Assembly: GCA_002295635.1 (NCBI GenBank)
Contig: DBHK01000017.1
Location: 25,396-89,395, forward strand
Length of the DNA: 64,000 nucleotides
Direction of reading: 5' to 3'
Source of the DNA: Alphaproteobacteria bacterium UBA830
Lineage (GTDB): Bacteria; Pseudomonadota; Alphaproteobacteria; MPNO01; UBA830
Part shown: positions 52,451-62,614 of the stretch, piece by piece
Layout: every line of letters starts with the position of its first letter
How positions within the stretch are numbered: the first letter of the stretch is position 1
The notes under the pieces: model-generated
The model's input: only the letters and a program-made list of their open reading frames with translations
Databases searched by the model: none
Told to the model about the DNA's origin: nothing
Program-made: the position numbers and the translations under genes

Positions 52451-52563
52451 GGCCCTATCTCCTTTGTTCTCTCTATTTGTCCCGGTAGTCCGGTTCCAGA
52501 CCTTGCTGGCGGCGGGAAACTGCCTTTTTCAGGCAACATCCTCATTCCCGGGAGTGGCGGCGG

Positions 52564-52591
52564 AGTATATGCATCGCACCCGCCGTGTCAA
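52564..52591 (-). promoter_or_regulatory. sigma70 promoter of rpsD
   Basis: Minus strand TTGACA-N16-TATACT, about 115 nt upstream of the start. Confidence 0.75.
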
Positions 52592-52862
52592 CGAATTGCG
52601 TAAAGAGGCTGCTTCGACCAAAAAATTTGCGAATATGAAATGAATTCAGTCAAAAATGCTGATCTTATTTGATGGCGCTACTGATTGGTTAGGTATTTTT
52701 GGCGGTATCATCGATACTATTGTTTACCTCCCCGAGGTTTCCTGCTGTACTATCTTTGGCACCATTCGACTGTATACGTGGATTGTTTTATTCCCCTCCA
52801 CGGATTTTTCGTGGCCGTTCGTCATTATTGACGCCATCTGGCCACGGAAGTTTTCGGGCTCT

Positions 52863-53630
52863 TTATCTCGAACGATCGCGTGGGCGTGAAAGGCCACCAA
52901 CGATGCCGCGAAGAGTTTTGACTTCTCGATCACTGAGCCTCGAACGGGTAAAAATATTACGGATATTTCGAACCATACGTGGTCGTTTTTCTGGCGGGAA
53001 TAGAAAGCCGCAGGCATCCAGTTCTGCCTCCAAGTGCTCGAAAAAATTTACTAACTCATCTTTAGATGCTACCCTCCCGCCCTTGCGGGTCACACCATCC
53101 AATTTTTTTGGTTGGGTCGCCTGAAACCATTCGTAACCGATCAACAAAACCGCTTGCGCGAGATTTAGAGAGCGGTGTTCTGAATCTACGGGAACCATGA
53201 TGATGGCATCGGAGATCGCTACATCGTCGTTATTTAGTCCCTTAGATTCGCGACCGAAAAGAATACCTGATCTTTCGCCCTTTTCGTTGTTTGCATGAAG
53301 AGATTTCGCCAAATCACGCGGCGTCAGTACCGGCTTTTCCATATCTCGTACACGGGCCGTCGTCGCGTAAAGCCGATTTAGATCGGAAACAGCATCTTGA
53401 GTATTATCATAGATCGTGGCCTGCTCTAGAACGCGCTCTGCACCGGATGCAGTGTTGATGGCTTTCTGGTTCGGCCAATCACCCTTAGGTTCGACCAGAC
53501 GCATCTCAGACAGCCCGAAATTCATCATCGCTCGCGCCGACGCTCCAATGTTTTCACCCAACGTGGGACGCACCATTATGATAGCTGGGGGCGGTTTTAC
53601 GTTGGTCACAGGGTCAAGGGATTCCGTCAC
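52863..53630 (-). CDS. trmJ: tRNA (C/U32-2'-O)-methyltransferase, SPOUT TrmJ/LasT family
   Basis: ENIGASARAMMNFGL, ATTAR, LFGRESKGL.N, SLNLAQAV...YE. GTG overlaps the cimA stop. Confidence 0.88.
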   Translation of the reverse strand: MTESLDPVTNVKPPPAIIMVRPTLGENIGASARAMMNFGLSEMRLVEPKGDWPNQKAINTASGAERVLEQATIYDNTQDAVSDLNRLYATTARVRDMEKPVLTPRDLAKSLHANNEKGERSGILFGRESKGLNNDDVAISDAIIMVPVDSEHRSLNLAQAVLLIGYEWFQATQPKKLDGVTRKGGRVASKDELVNFFEHLEAELDACGFLFPPEKRPRMVRNIRNIFTRSRLSDREVKTLRGIVGGLSRPRDRSR

Positions 53631-55225
53631 GCCGCTTTGGCGCAATCACGATACAGTTTATACGATATCGAATCCTGCAGCGCGTTATAGGAAGCGTCGA
53701 TGATGTTGGTCGATAGTCCTACACACGACCAGCGTCGATCTTGGCCGTCCGCACTTTCGATCATGACTCTTGTTACGGCACCCGTGCCATCGCCAGGTGT
53801 TAGGATTCGGACCTTGTAATCGACCAATCGCATATCCTCGAGCTCTGGATAGCTCTCTAGCAAAACCTTACCAAGAGCATTATCGAGCGCGTTGACCGGC
53901 CCATTACCCTCGGCCACTGCCATATGGTTTCGGTTTCCTACATCGACCTTCACCGTCGCCTCTGACACGGTCACCAATTCTCCACGAGCGTTCCAACGGC
54001 GCTCGTCAAGTACTCGGAAAGAATGCAACGTATAATATTCAGGTACTTGTTGCAGGATCCGGCGCGCCAAAAGCTCAAAACTGGCTTCGGCCCCGTCATA
54101 GGCGTAACCCTCAAATTCCCGTTCCTTTACCAATTTCAGGAGACGGGGCACTCTTGGGTGATTTGAGTCAATCTCAAGTCCGATTTCTCGAAACCGCGCT
54201 AGAATGTTGGATCTACCCGACTGGTCTGATACGACGATATGACGAGCGTTCCCCACCAGAGTAGGATCGATATGTTCATAGGTTCTCGGATCCTTCTCGA
54301 CAGCTGAGACATGCAATCCACCCTTATGCGCAAATGCCGAATCACCGACATACGCGGCATTACGGACCGGCGAGCGGTTGAGACGTTCGTCTAAAACACG
54401 TGATATGTGGGTAAGCTGTCTCAAGTCATTATCACCTAGACCAGTATGGAAACCCATTTTGAGCATTAGGTTGGGGATGATTGCAGTCAGATTAGCATTA
54501 CCGCAACGCTCGCCGAGACCGTTAAGGGTTCCCTGGACCTGCCGTGCACCAGCGTTGACTGCGGCGAGGGAATTTGCAACGGCATTCTCAGTATCATTAT
54601 GACAATGAATCCCGAGGTGTGTACCGGGAACATAGTCGGATACTTCGCGGATTATGCGATCAATTTCATGTGGTAAAGTTCCACCGTTGGTATCGCAAAG
54701 AACGATCCACCGAGCGCCAGCCTCATAGGCTGCTTTTACGCAGGAAAGCGCATATTCAGAATTTTCTTTGTAGCCATCGAAGAAATGCTCGGCATCAAAC
54801 AAAACTTCGCTAACTCGATTTTTGCCATAAGCAATGGAGTCCCCAATGATCTCTATATTTTCTTCCCTCGGAATTTCCAAAGCTACATCGACGTGATAGT
54901 CCCAAGTCTTTCCCACCATGCAAACAGCCGCGGGCTTAACGTCGAACAAGGCGGCAAGACCCGGATCATTTTCAACCGAGCGACCGGGACGGCGAGTCAT
55001 ACCAAAAGCAGCGATCTTGGACCGTTTCAAGATCGGCGGCTTTAGGAAAAATGCGTCGTCTGTCGGATTGGCGCCTGGCCAGCCGCCTTCGATATAGTCA
55101 ATACCGAGATTATCTAGCGCGCTCGCCATCGCAATCTTGTCGGCAACAGAAAAATCTACGCCCTGCGTCTGCGCCCCGTCACGCAACGTCGAGTCAAATA
55201 GATAAATGCGGTTATCGTTCGCCAT
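53627..55225 (-). CDS. cimA: citramalate synthase
   Basis: DSTLRDGAQ, EGGWPGANP, DAEHFFDG, HCHND, GERCGNAN, FAHKGG.H, DYKVRIL. Confidence 0.95.
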   Translation of the reverse strand: MANDNRIYLFDSTLRDGAQTQGVDFSVADKIAMASALDNLGIDYIEGGWPGANPTDDAFFLKPPILKRSKIAAFGMTRRPGRSVENDPGLAALFDVKPAAVCMVGKTWDYHVDVALEIPREENIEIIGDSIAYGKNRVSEVLFDAEHFFDGYKENSEYALSCVKAAYEAGARWIVLCDTNGGTLPHEIDRIIREVSDYVPGTHLGIHCHNDTENAVANSLAAVNAGARQVQGTLNGLGERCGNANLTAIIPNLMLKMGFHTGLGDNDLRQLTHISRVLDERLNRSPVRNAAYVGDSAFAHKGGLHVSAVEKDPRTYEHIDPTLVGNARHIVVSDQSGRSNILARFREIGLEIDSNHPRVPRLLKLVKEREFEGYAYDGAEASFELLARRILQQVPEYYTLHSFRVLDERRWNARGELVTVSEATVKVDVGNRNHMAVAEGNGPVNALDNALGKVLLESYPELEDMRLVDYKVRILTPGDGTGAVTRVMIESADGQDRRWSCVGLSTNIIDASYNALQDSISYKLYRDCAKAA

Positions 55226-55298
55226 CTTCCTGCGGGTCCCGCTCAATTTAATCATAAGGGCGCGAACTCCTACCAAAGTCCGCTCAATACGTAAACGA

Positions 55299-56960
55299 TT
55301 AAGCTCTACCCCGAAACGCGTTTACGATTGGATAACGACGGTCACGTCCGAACGATCTGCCAGTAATTTTGACACCGGGTGGGGCTTGACGCCGTTTGTA
55401 TTCAGCGCCGAGGAGCATACGCCAGACACTTAACACCAATGCTCGGTCGTGCCCCTCTTTTTCCAAGTCGTCTACGCCTAGGTCCCCCTCGTTTAATTCT
55501 TTGAGGATAGCGTCCAATTGCTCGTATGGCGGCAGGTTATCTGCGTCTTTCTGATCAGGTTTAAGTTCGGCTGTCGGAGGCTTCACTATAATGTTTTCCG
55601 GAACCACCCGACCGCCGGGGCCTAGAAATCTTGTTGAGAGGTTGGCATTACGCCAATGGCAAAGTTGGAATACTTTCGTCTTATAAACATCCTTCAATAC
55701 GGAATATCCTCCACACATATCGCCATAGAGCGTGGCGTAACCAACCGACATCTCAGACTTGTTACCCGTCGATACCACCATTGCACCCGTTTTGTTGGAC
55801 AGTGCCATTAGCGTGAGACCACGAGACCGTGCCTGAACATTCTCTTCGGCGGTCCCGGCCTCTGTCCCTGCGAAGGTTTCCGATAACATCTCTTCGAATG
55901 CCTTCATGGCCGGTTCAATAGAGATCGAATCTAACGGCACGCCGAGTAGTCGGCACGCCTCCGCAGCATCTTCAAGGCTTTCTTGTGAAGTGAAGGGGGA
56001 AGGCATCATAACGCAGTGAACCTGATTGGGTCCGAGGGCATCGACCGCCACCGCCGCTGTCAACGCAGAATCTACTCCACCGGACATACCAATCAATACG
56101 CCTGGAAAACCACTTTTAGTGACATAATCTCTAAGTCCAAGTACCATTGCTGAGTAGATCGCCATGTCACCGTCAGGTGGTGAGCTTTTCTCCCCTTCAT
56201 CGCAAACCCAAGTATTGCCATTACGGGACCAAATGGTTTTTATTAGGCTTTCATCCCAAGCTGGTGCTTGCACCCGCAATGACGCGTCAGCGCCGAGCAC
56301 GAAAGACGCACCATCGAATACTAACTCATCCTGACCGCCCACCTGATTAACGTAGATCAGAGGCATCCGGCACTCGATGGCACGTGCGGCGGCAAGATTG
56401 ATGCGAGTATCCCACTTGTCCTGTTGGTAGGGTGAGCCGTTAAGCACCACGAGGATCTCTGCACCAGATTCATCTAAACATTCGGCAACCTCGTCGGTCC
56501 ACATATCCTCGCAAATCATCACCCCCAGCCTAACGCCGCGGAAGCTGATTGGCCCGGGCAGAGGGCCCGACCTGAATATACGTTTTTCGTCGAACACACC
56601 ATAATTTGGCAGATCGTGTTTAAACCGTACTGCCGAGATCTGCCCTCGATCAAGCAGCAAGACGGCATTATAGAGATCCTCATTATCGCGCCATGGCGAT
56701 CCCACTAGCATGGCCGGGCCACCGTCCACCGTCTCGCGGGCAAGCGCCTCGATTTCGCGTTGGATAGTATCGTTGACAATGGGCCGAAATACCAAGTCCT
56801 CCGGCGGGTACCCACAAACGACCAGTTCACTCGTTACGACGAGATCAGCGCCACATTTTGCCGCATCAAGACGGGCCTGGCGGAGTCGTTCGACGTTACC
56901 GACAATGTCACCGACAACAGGATTGATTTGAGCCAGAGAAATATTGAGCGTATCGGTCAT
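55299..56960 (-). CDS. nadE: glutamine-dependent NAD+ synthetase
   Basis: Nitrilase domain (GYPPEDL, LPNYGVFDEKR, ICEDMW) plus SGGVDS, TGNKSE, YKRRQAPPG. Confidence 0.97.
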   Translation of the reverse strand: MTDTLNISLAQINPVVGDIVGNVERLRQARLDAAKCGADLVVTSELVVCGYPPEDLVFRPIVNDTIQREIEALARETVDGGPAMLVGSPWRDNEDLYNAVLLLDRGQISAVRFKHDLPNYGVFDEKRIFRSGPLPGPISFRGVRLGVMICEDMWTDEVAECLDESGAEILVVLNGSPYQQDKWDTRINLAAARAIECRMPLIYVNQVGGQDELVFDGASFVLGADASLRVQAPAWDESLIKTIWSRNGNTWVCDEGEKSSPPDGDMAIYSAMVLGLRDYVTKSGFPGVLIGMSGGVDSALTAAVAVDALGPNQVHCVMMPSPFTSQESLEDAAEACRLLGVPLDSISIEPAMKAFEEMLSETFAGTEAGTAEENVQARSRGLTLMALSNKTGAMVVSTGNKSEMSVGYATLYGDMCGGYSVLKDVYKTKVFQLCHWRNANLSTRFLGPGGRVVPENIIVKPPTAELKPDQKDADNLPPYEQLDAILKELNEGDLGVDDLEKEGHDRALVLSVWRMLLGAEYKRRQAPPGVKITGRSFGRDRRYPIVNAFRGRA

Positions 56961-56974
56961 TAAGATCTCCCCGC

Positions 56975-58366
56975 TTATTCGGCCGCCTCATATTTGGGTG
57001 GATCATTCCGTTCGCTATCACGCTTTGCCTTAAGGTGCTCGCCGACAAGAAACGCTAGTTCTAGGGACTGCGACGCGTTTAGACGAGGATCGCAATGCGT
57101 ATGATAACGAGCTGACAAACCTTCATCGGTGATCTCCTGAGCACCACCGGTGCATTCAGTCACATTCTGCCCGGTAAGCTCGATATGAACCCCACCGGCG
57201 TGGGTACCCTCGGCCTCGTGCACCGCAAAGAAGCCACGTACTTCCTGCAAGATTTGGTCAAAGGGGCGCGTCTTAAAGCCGCTTTTGGCCTTGATTGTGT
57301 TACCGTGCATCGGGTCGCAGGTCCAAACAACCTTCTTACCTTCATTAGCAACAGCTCTGACGAGGTTAGGCAAGGTCTGCTCTACCTTTTCGTGCCCCAT
57401 TCGGCTGATTAGAACTAGACGACCCGGATCATTATCTGGGTTGAGCGCATCGATGACTTTCAGCAATTCATCGGGCGTTTGCGTTGGTCCAGTTTTGAGG
57501 CCGATGGGATTTGCGATTCCCCGCAAGAATTCGACATGCCCGCCATCAAGCTGACGGGTCCGGTCACCAATCCACAACATATGTGCCGACGTGTCATACC
57601 AATCGCCAGAGGTAGAATCTACACGCGTCATAGCCTGTTCATACCCCAGTAACAAAGCCTCATGGCTCGTATAAAAATCGGTCTCACGTAATTGTGGCGC
57701 GGCGTTGGGCGTCAGCCCGCAGGCCGCCATAAATGTCATAGCTTCATCAATGCGGTCTGCTAATTCAGCATATTTCCGGGCCTGTTCTCCCGAAGAAACA
57801 AATTCGAGATTCCAACGGTGCACTTCTTCTAGATTTGCATAACCACCCTGTGCGAAGGCTCGTAGAAGATTCAGGGTCGCCGCGGATTGGTTGTATACTT
57901 GGACCATACGTTCTGGATCAGGCGTACGCGCCTCCCCAGTGAACTCCATGTCGTTTACCATATCGCCTCGATAGCTGGGCAGAGTAATGCCGTCCTGCTC
58001 CTCAACGTCGGAAGACCTCGGTTTTGCAAATTGCCCCGCCAGACGTCCAATTTTTACAACGGGTTTGCCAGATGCGAAGGTTAGAACCACAGCCATTTGC
58101 AGCAGAACACGAAATGTATCGCGGATATAGTTGGGATGGAATTCGGCGAAACTCTCGGCGCAATCACCCCCCTGCAATAGGAAGGCCCTACCCTCCGCGA
58201 CATCAGAAAGCTGAGCATGGAGCTTACGCGCCTCGCCCGCAAACACTAATGGTGGATATCTACTGAGCTTGCTTTCCGCCGCTTCCACGGCGATTGAATC
58301 CGGGTATTCCGGAACCTGAATCACAGGTTTGTCTCGCCAGCTTTCGGGCGACCAGTTCCCCGACAT
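56975..58366 (-). CDS. class II DAHP synthase
   Basis: [46 protein letters not shown] before MSGNW. Confidence 0.96.
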   Translation of the reverse strand: MSGNWSPESWRDKPVIQVPEYPDSIAVEAAESKLSRYPPLVFAGEARKLHAQLSDVAEGRAFLLQGGDCAESFAEFHPNYIRDTFRVLLQMAVVLTFASGKPVVKIGRLAGQFAKPRSSDVEEQDGITLPSYRGDMVNDMEFTGEARTPDPERMVQVYNQSAATLNLLRAFAQGGYANLEEVHRWNLEFVSSGEQARKYAELADRIDEAMTFMAACGLTPNAAPQLRETDFYTSHEALLLGYEQAMTRVDSTSGDWYDTSAHMLWIGDRTRQLDGGHVEFLRGIANPIGLKTGPTQTPDELLKVIDALNPDNDPGRLVLISRMGHEKVEQTLPNLVRAVANEGKKVVWTCDPMHGNTIKAKSGFKTRPFDQILQEVRGFFAVHEAEGTHAGGVHIELTGQNVTECTGGAQEITDEGLSARYHTHCDPRLNASQSLELAFLVGEHLKAKRDSERNDPPKYEAAE

Positions 58367-58504
58367 GGCCAACCTCTCTATCTTAATCTCTTTGGGAGGA
58401 TCGCGTATACGCCGTTTATCCGGCTTTTTCCAGCAAAACTGCGCAATGCGGCCAAACACCCAAGATAACCAGCTACTGTCCTAAGATGTGGGCGCAATCC
58501 TTGG

Positions 58505-59884
58505 TTATTGAGTGCCCTCATCTGACTCCTTTTCCGGCACAGGCTCGCGCATCGTAACAAACTCTTCCGCAGCCGTAGGGTGAATACCGACAGTAGCGTC
58601 GAACTGTGCCTTGGTCGCTCCGCATTTTAGTGCAACACCTAGGCCCTGTATGATTTCGCTCGCGTCCGGTCCTACCATATGACAGCCCACAACTCGGTCG
58701 GACGTTTTGTCGACCACAAGCTTCATCATCGTTTGCCCAGATGAACCGGTCAAAGTATCTTTTAAAGCTCGGAACGTAGAACGATATATTTCGATATCCT
58801 TGTATTGAGCGCGCGCATCCTCTTCGGTTAATCCGACGGTTCCGATGGGGGGATCGGAAAACACTGCAGTTGGTATATCAGCATAATCCATCTTATCGTT
58901 GGTACCCTTGAATAGGTTTGAGGCCAGTTTCATTGCTTCGCCTATCGCCACCGGTGTCAGCTGATATCGGTCGATGAGATCGCCAAGTGCGTAAATATTT
59001 TCGACGCTGGTCCGGAAATAGTCATCAACCTTGATAGCGCCGTTGGCGCTCACCTCTACGCCCACGTTTTCCAACCCCATGTTAGCTGAATTGGCTACCC
59101 GCCCAATGGCGTACAATACCTGATCGTACTGAGAAAGTGATCCGTCACTAAACGTGACGTCGAGCCCAAGATTTACTTTGTCGATACGCTGTATAGCACT
59201 ATTCCAGATGAATTTAATTCCATTCTTTTCCATCTCTGCGGCCAAGTGGCGGCGTACATCCAAGTCAAAACCACGTAATATCATATCGCGTCGATAAACC
59301 AATGAGGTTGCCGCCCCGTACCCGTTGAGGATTCCAGCGAATTCGACCGCGATGTACCCACCGCCGACAACAAGAACGCGTTTGGGTAATTCTTTAAGGT
59401 AGAAAGCGTCGTCAGATACGAGGGCATTTTCTTCTCCGGGCACCTCATCACGCGACGGCTTTCCCCCGGTGGCGACGAGAATTTTCTCGGCCGTCACTTT
59501 TTCGCCTCCTACGTCAAGCGTGTGGGTGTCAATCAAGACTGCACGTGCCTCGAAAAGCGCCACACCGGCATTTTTCAACAAATTCCGGTAGATTTCGTTG
59601 AGACGCTTTATTTCTCTATTTTTATTTTCAATAAGTCGAGACCAATTAAGGGTCGGCTCTGCAAAGTCCCACCCGTACGCGCGGGCCTCTTGACCATAAT
59701 GCAAATAATGTGAGCCGTAAGAGAACAGCTTCTTCGGAATACAGCCGACATTAACACACGTGCCGCCAAGAAACCTCTCCTCGGCGACAGCAACCCTCGC
59801 GCCATAGGAAGCAGACATTCGTGCGGCCCTTACGCCGCCAGATCCTGCGCCGATAACAAATAGATCATAATCATAATTGGACAT
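58505..59884 (-). CDS. gor: glutathione-disulfide reductase
   Basis: GAGSGG, GGTCVNVGCIPKK, GGGYIAVEFA, LTPVAI, GIHPTAAEE. Confidence 0.96.
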   Translation of the reverse strand: MSNYDYDLFVIGAGSGGVRAARMSASYGARVAVAEERFLGGTCVNVGCIPKKLFSYGSHYLHYGQEARAYGWDFAEPTLNWSRLIENKNREIKRLNEIYRNLLKNAGVALFEARAVLIDTHTLDVGGEKVTAEKILVATGGKPSRDEVPGEENALVSDDAFYLKELPKRVLVVGGGYIAVEFAGILNGYGAATSLVYRRDMILRGFDLDVRRHLAAEMEKNGIKFIWNSAIQRIDKVNLGLDVTFSDGSLSQYDQVLYAIGRVANSANMGLENVGVEVSANGAIKVDDYFRTSVENIYALGDLIDRYQLTPVAIGEAMKLASNLFKGTNDKMDYADIPTAVFSDPPIGTVGLTEEDARAQYKDIEIYRSTFRALKDTLTGSSGQTMMKLVVDKTSDRVVGCHMVGPDASEIIQGLGVALKCGATKAQFDATVGIHPTAAEEFVTMREPVPEKESDEGTQ

Positions 59885-59934
59885 GGCGAGCGCCCTTCTG
59901 CAGTTCTCATGTAATGCTTTGGGTGGTCTGCAGC

Positions 59935-61401
59935 CTAGCCGCCGATCCCTCCAATCAGGCCATATTTAATCTCGAGGTAGTCCTCAATCCCGTATTTGGA
60001 CCCCTCACGGCCGGTGCCAGATTCTTTCATACCCCCAAAAGGTGCTACCTCTGTGGAAATGATACCTTCGTTGACCCCAACAATACCGTATTCCAAACCT
60101 TCCATAACCCGCCATATACGGCCGATGTCGCGACTATAGAAATAGGCCGCAAGGCCGAATTCTGTGTCATTTGCCATCTCAAGCGCCTCTTCCTCGGTCT
60201 CGAAACGATAGAGTGGCGCAACTGGACCAAATGTTTCCTCTCGAGTAACTTTCATATCGGTGTTTACCTCCGAAAGTACGGTCGGTTGAAAAAAGGTCCC
60301 GCCGAGATCGTGCCGGCCACCGCCAGAAATCACCTTTGCCCCCTTAGCAAGTGCATCTTCTATATGTTCTTCTACCTTTTCCACCGCGGCCATATCGATC
60401 AATGGGCCCTGCTCAGTTTCACCCTTCAATCCATCACCAATCCGCATTTTTTCGACCGCGGCCGAGAGTTTCTCAGAAAATTCATCATACACACCGTTCT
60501 GCACCAACAAACGATTAGCGCAGACGCAAGTCTGGCCAGTATTCCGGAATTTGGACGCCATAGCTCCTTCGATAGCCTCGTCGAGGTCAGCATCATCAAA
60601 TACGATGAATGGTGCGTTTCCGCCTAACTCCATCGATGTCTTTTTAACTGTTGCCGCGCACTGTTCCATCAAAAGCTTCCCGATTTCCGTCGAACCGGTA
60701 AAGGTTAGCTTACGGACGATGGGATTCGACGTCATCTCACTGCCAATGGCACCTGACGAGCCGGTTACCACACTGAACACCCCGTTGGGGATGCCGGCTC
60801 GCTGGCCAAGCTCGGCTAGTGCAAGCGCGGAATACGGTGTCGCAGTTGCCGGTTTTACAACCATAGTACAGCCCGCGGCCAGAGCGGGGCCGCATTTGCG
60901 GGTGATCATCGCAGCAGGAAAGTTCCATGGCGTAATCGCGGCGCAGACGCCAATAGGCTCCTTCGTGACTACGATACGCTTACCGGGCGCATGTTGTGGG
61001 ATGGTGTCGCCATAGATTCGTTTACCCTCCTCGGCAAACCACTCGATGAAGGAAGCGGCGTAAATAATTTCACCCATGGATTCTTTCAGCGGCTTACCTT
61101 GTTCCGCAGTCATCATCTTAGCCAGATCGTCCTGATGCTCTATTATCAGGTCGAACCAGATGCGCAATATTGTAGCGCGTTCCTTCGCCGTTTTCGCTCT
61201 CCATTCCGGATAAGCCGTGTTTGCCGCCTCTATTGCCTCGCGAGTTTCATTAGCACCCATTTTAGGTACTGTCCCAATCGTCTCGCCTGATGCCGGGTTA
61301 ACAACATCAATGGTTTCATTAGAACCGGCGCCAACCCATTCGCCGTTGATGTAACAGGCTTCTCGAAAAAGGCTTGGGTCTTTGAGGTCTAGCGATGTCA
61401 T
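59935..61401 (-). CDS. gabD: NAD(P)-dependent succinate-semialdehyde dehydrogenase
   Basis: ITPWNFPAAMITRK, FTGSTEIG, ELGGNAP, GQTCVCANR, EETFGP, GREGSKYG. Confidence 0.95.
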   Translation of the reverse strand: MTSLDLKDPSLFREACYINGEWVGAGSNETIDVVNPASGETIGTVPKMGANETREAIEAANTAYPEWRAKTAKERATILRIWFDLIIEHQDDLAKMMTAEQGKPLKESMGEIIYAASFIEWFAEEGKRIYGDTIPQHAPGKRIVVTKEPIGVCAAITPWNFPAAMITRKCGPALAAGCTMVVKPATATPYSALALAELGQRAGIPNGVFSVVTGSSGAIGSEMTSNPIVRKLTFTGSTEIGKLLMEQCAATVKKTSMELGGNAPFIVFDDADLDEAIEGAMASKFRNTGQTCVCANRLLVQNGVYDEFSEKLSAAVEKMRIGDGLKGETEQGPLIDMAAVEKVEEHIEDALAKGAKVISGGGRHDLGGTFFQPTVLSEVNTDMKVTREETFGPVAPLYRFETEEEALEMANDTEFGLAAYFYSRDIGRIWRVMEGLEYGIVGVNEGIISTEVAPFGGMKESGTGREGSKYGIEDYLEIKYGLIGGIGG

Positions 61402-61618
61402 CTGGCTATCTCCCATTGTGGCCAACTTAAGGCTTAATAATAAGGTTTAAAAAGATGTCTCCGAGACAGAGTATACAACGCCAGTCATCGGGAGTCAGGA
61501 GGACACGCCCAGATGTCGAAAGATTCAACCCGTAATAGGGAGACAAGCAAAATCATACAAATTCTCCGCATTTATTTGCATCGGATATGATCATAGCGAA
61601 AATGAAAAGAAACTGGCC

Positions 61619-61801
61619 CTATTCTGACTTTGCCCCCAGATGCACGAGATATCCAAGAATTAGAAAGAGAACCAATAACCCGACGCACGCAAATATAAGC
61701 GTGAAAAGAATTTTAAATCCAAGGGACATTTTACGAAGGGGGTATCTCAAGATCAGGTAAATAATAAGGCCAAGGATCAGAACTCCAATCAGACCTTCCA
61801 T
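61619..61801 (-). CDS. small two-TM membrane protein
   Basis: 60 aa with two hydrophobic helices separated by RYPLRK; GAGG SD upstream. Confidence 0.65.
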   Translation of the reverse strand: MEGLIGVLILGLIIYLILRYPLRKMSLGFKILFTLIFACVGLLVLFLILGYLVHLGAKSE

Positions 61802-61961
61802 GTCATACCTCTTTGATCACTGGCTCTCTATGGATCTCTGAGTATTCTCCGATACGCTTGAGGTCCCGTTCTTTTTACTCCCCGACCCAACTCTCTTAAG
61901 CGTTTCAACTGCCGGGAATTTCGACAAGGAACATTTTGTCAGGAGCCACTCTGGGTGCGTA

Positions 61962-62234
61962 TCACGCAGGCGGGGCTAGCGGAGAGATCGAGAAGGGAAT
62001 GTGCTCGACAACATAATCCTCAGTCAGCTTCTGAAAATCAGGATCTTCCATCATTGCGCCCATCGCAGCCATATCTACGTCGAAGAGGGTCACCATTGCC
62101 GTGGTGTCGTTTGCTTGACCAACCAAAGTTTTGTTTTCGTCGCATATCCGTGATCGGTTCTCTGCATCATTCACAAACAGCTCATGCCACGCCTCGTATG
62201 AGGATTTGAGATTAACGATAATATGAATGTCCAT
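61962..62234 (-). CDS. small hypothetical protein (DUF3764-like dimeric alpha/beta barrel)
   Basis: MDIHIIVNLKSSYEAWHELF...LVGQAND..AMVTLF.VD...M..MM resembles marine DUF3764 proteins (recalled, not searched). Confidence 0.55.
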   Translation of the reverse strand: MDIHIIVNLKSSYEAWHELFVNDAENRSRICDENKTLVGQANDTTAMVTLFDVDMAAMGAMMEDPDFQKLTEDYVVEHIPFSISPLAPPA

Positions 62235-62453
62235 TGTAAATTCCATAAAAGGTTTCTGACTCCGCGAGTTTGAACTCAAATGGTTACAAAAAAAAGCAAA
62301 GAGTAGGAGTCTCTATTATTTTTTTAAATTTCCCCCTCGGCATCACACTCTAAGTACGCGCCCACTATCTCCGCCTAAATCTGATAAGCATAGGTGATCT
62401 AGGAAAATTGCAGCCGCGTAAGAGTAGAGGTCGGTTGTAGCAGAAGGGATAAC

Positions 62454-62609
62454 ATGAAGAAGTTGATTTGCGAGGCTCTCGTAGCCTACTGTGTTTTGTT
62501 TTTTTTCTTAGCGGTGACGCTATTTCTTACTTATTTAAATATCAATAATCGTTGGGAGCCGTTCCTTCTTAAGCACCTTATTCACCAAAATCTAATCACC
62601 ACACCTTAA
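62454..62609 (+). CDS. small single-TM protein (51 aa)
   Basis: MKKLICEALVAYCVLFFFLAVTLFLTYLNINNRWEPFLLKHLIHQNLITTP*; GAAGGGA SD. Below the ORF-track cutoff. Confidence 0.4.
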   Translation: MKKLICEALVAYCVLFFFLAVTLFLTYLNINNRWEPFLLKHLIHQNLITTP

Positions 62610-62614
62610 TCATC

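Noticed and set aside
59914-60627. 237-aa plus-strand ORF (and 60551-61015) antisense to gabD
   Set aside because: Shadow ORFs are common opposite aldehyde dehydrogenases; no motif and fully overlapping a confident gene.
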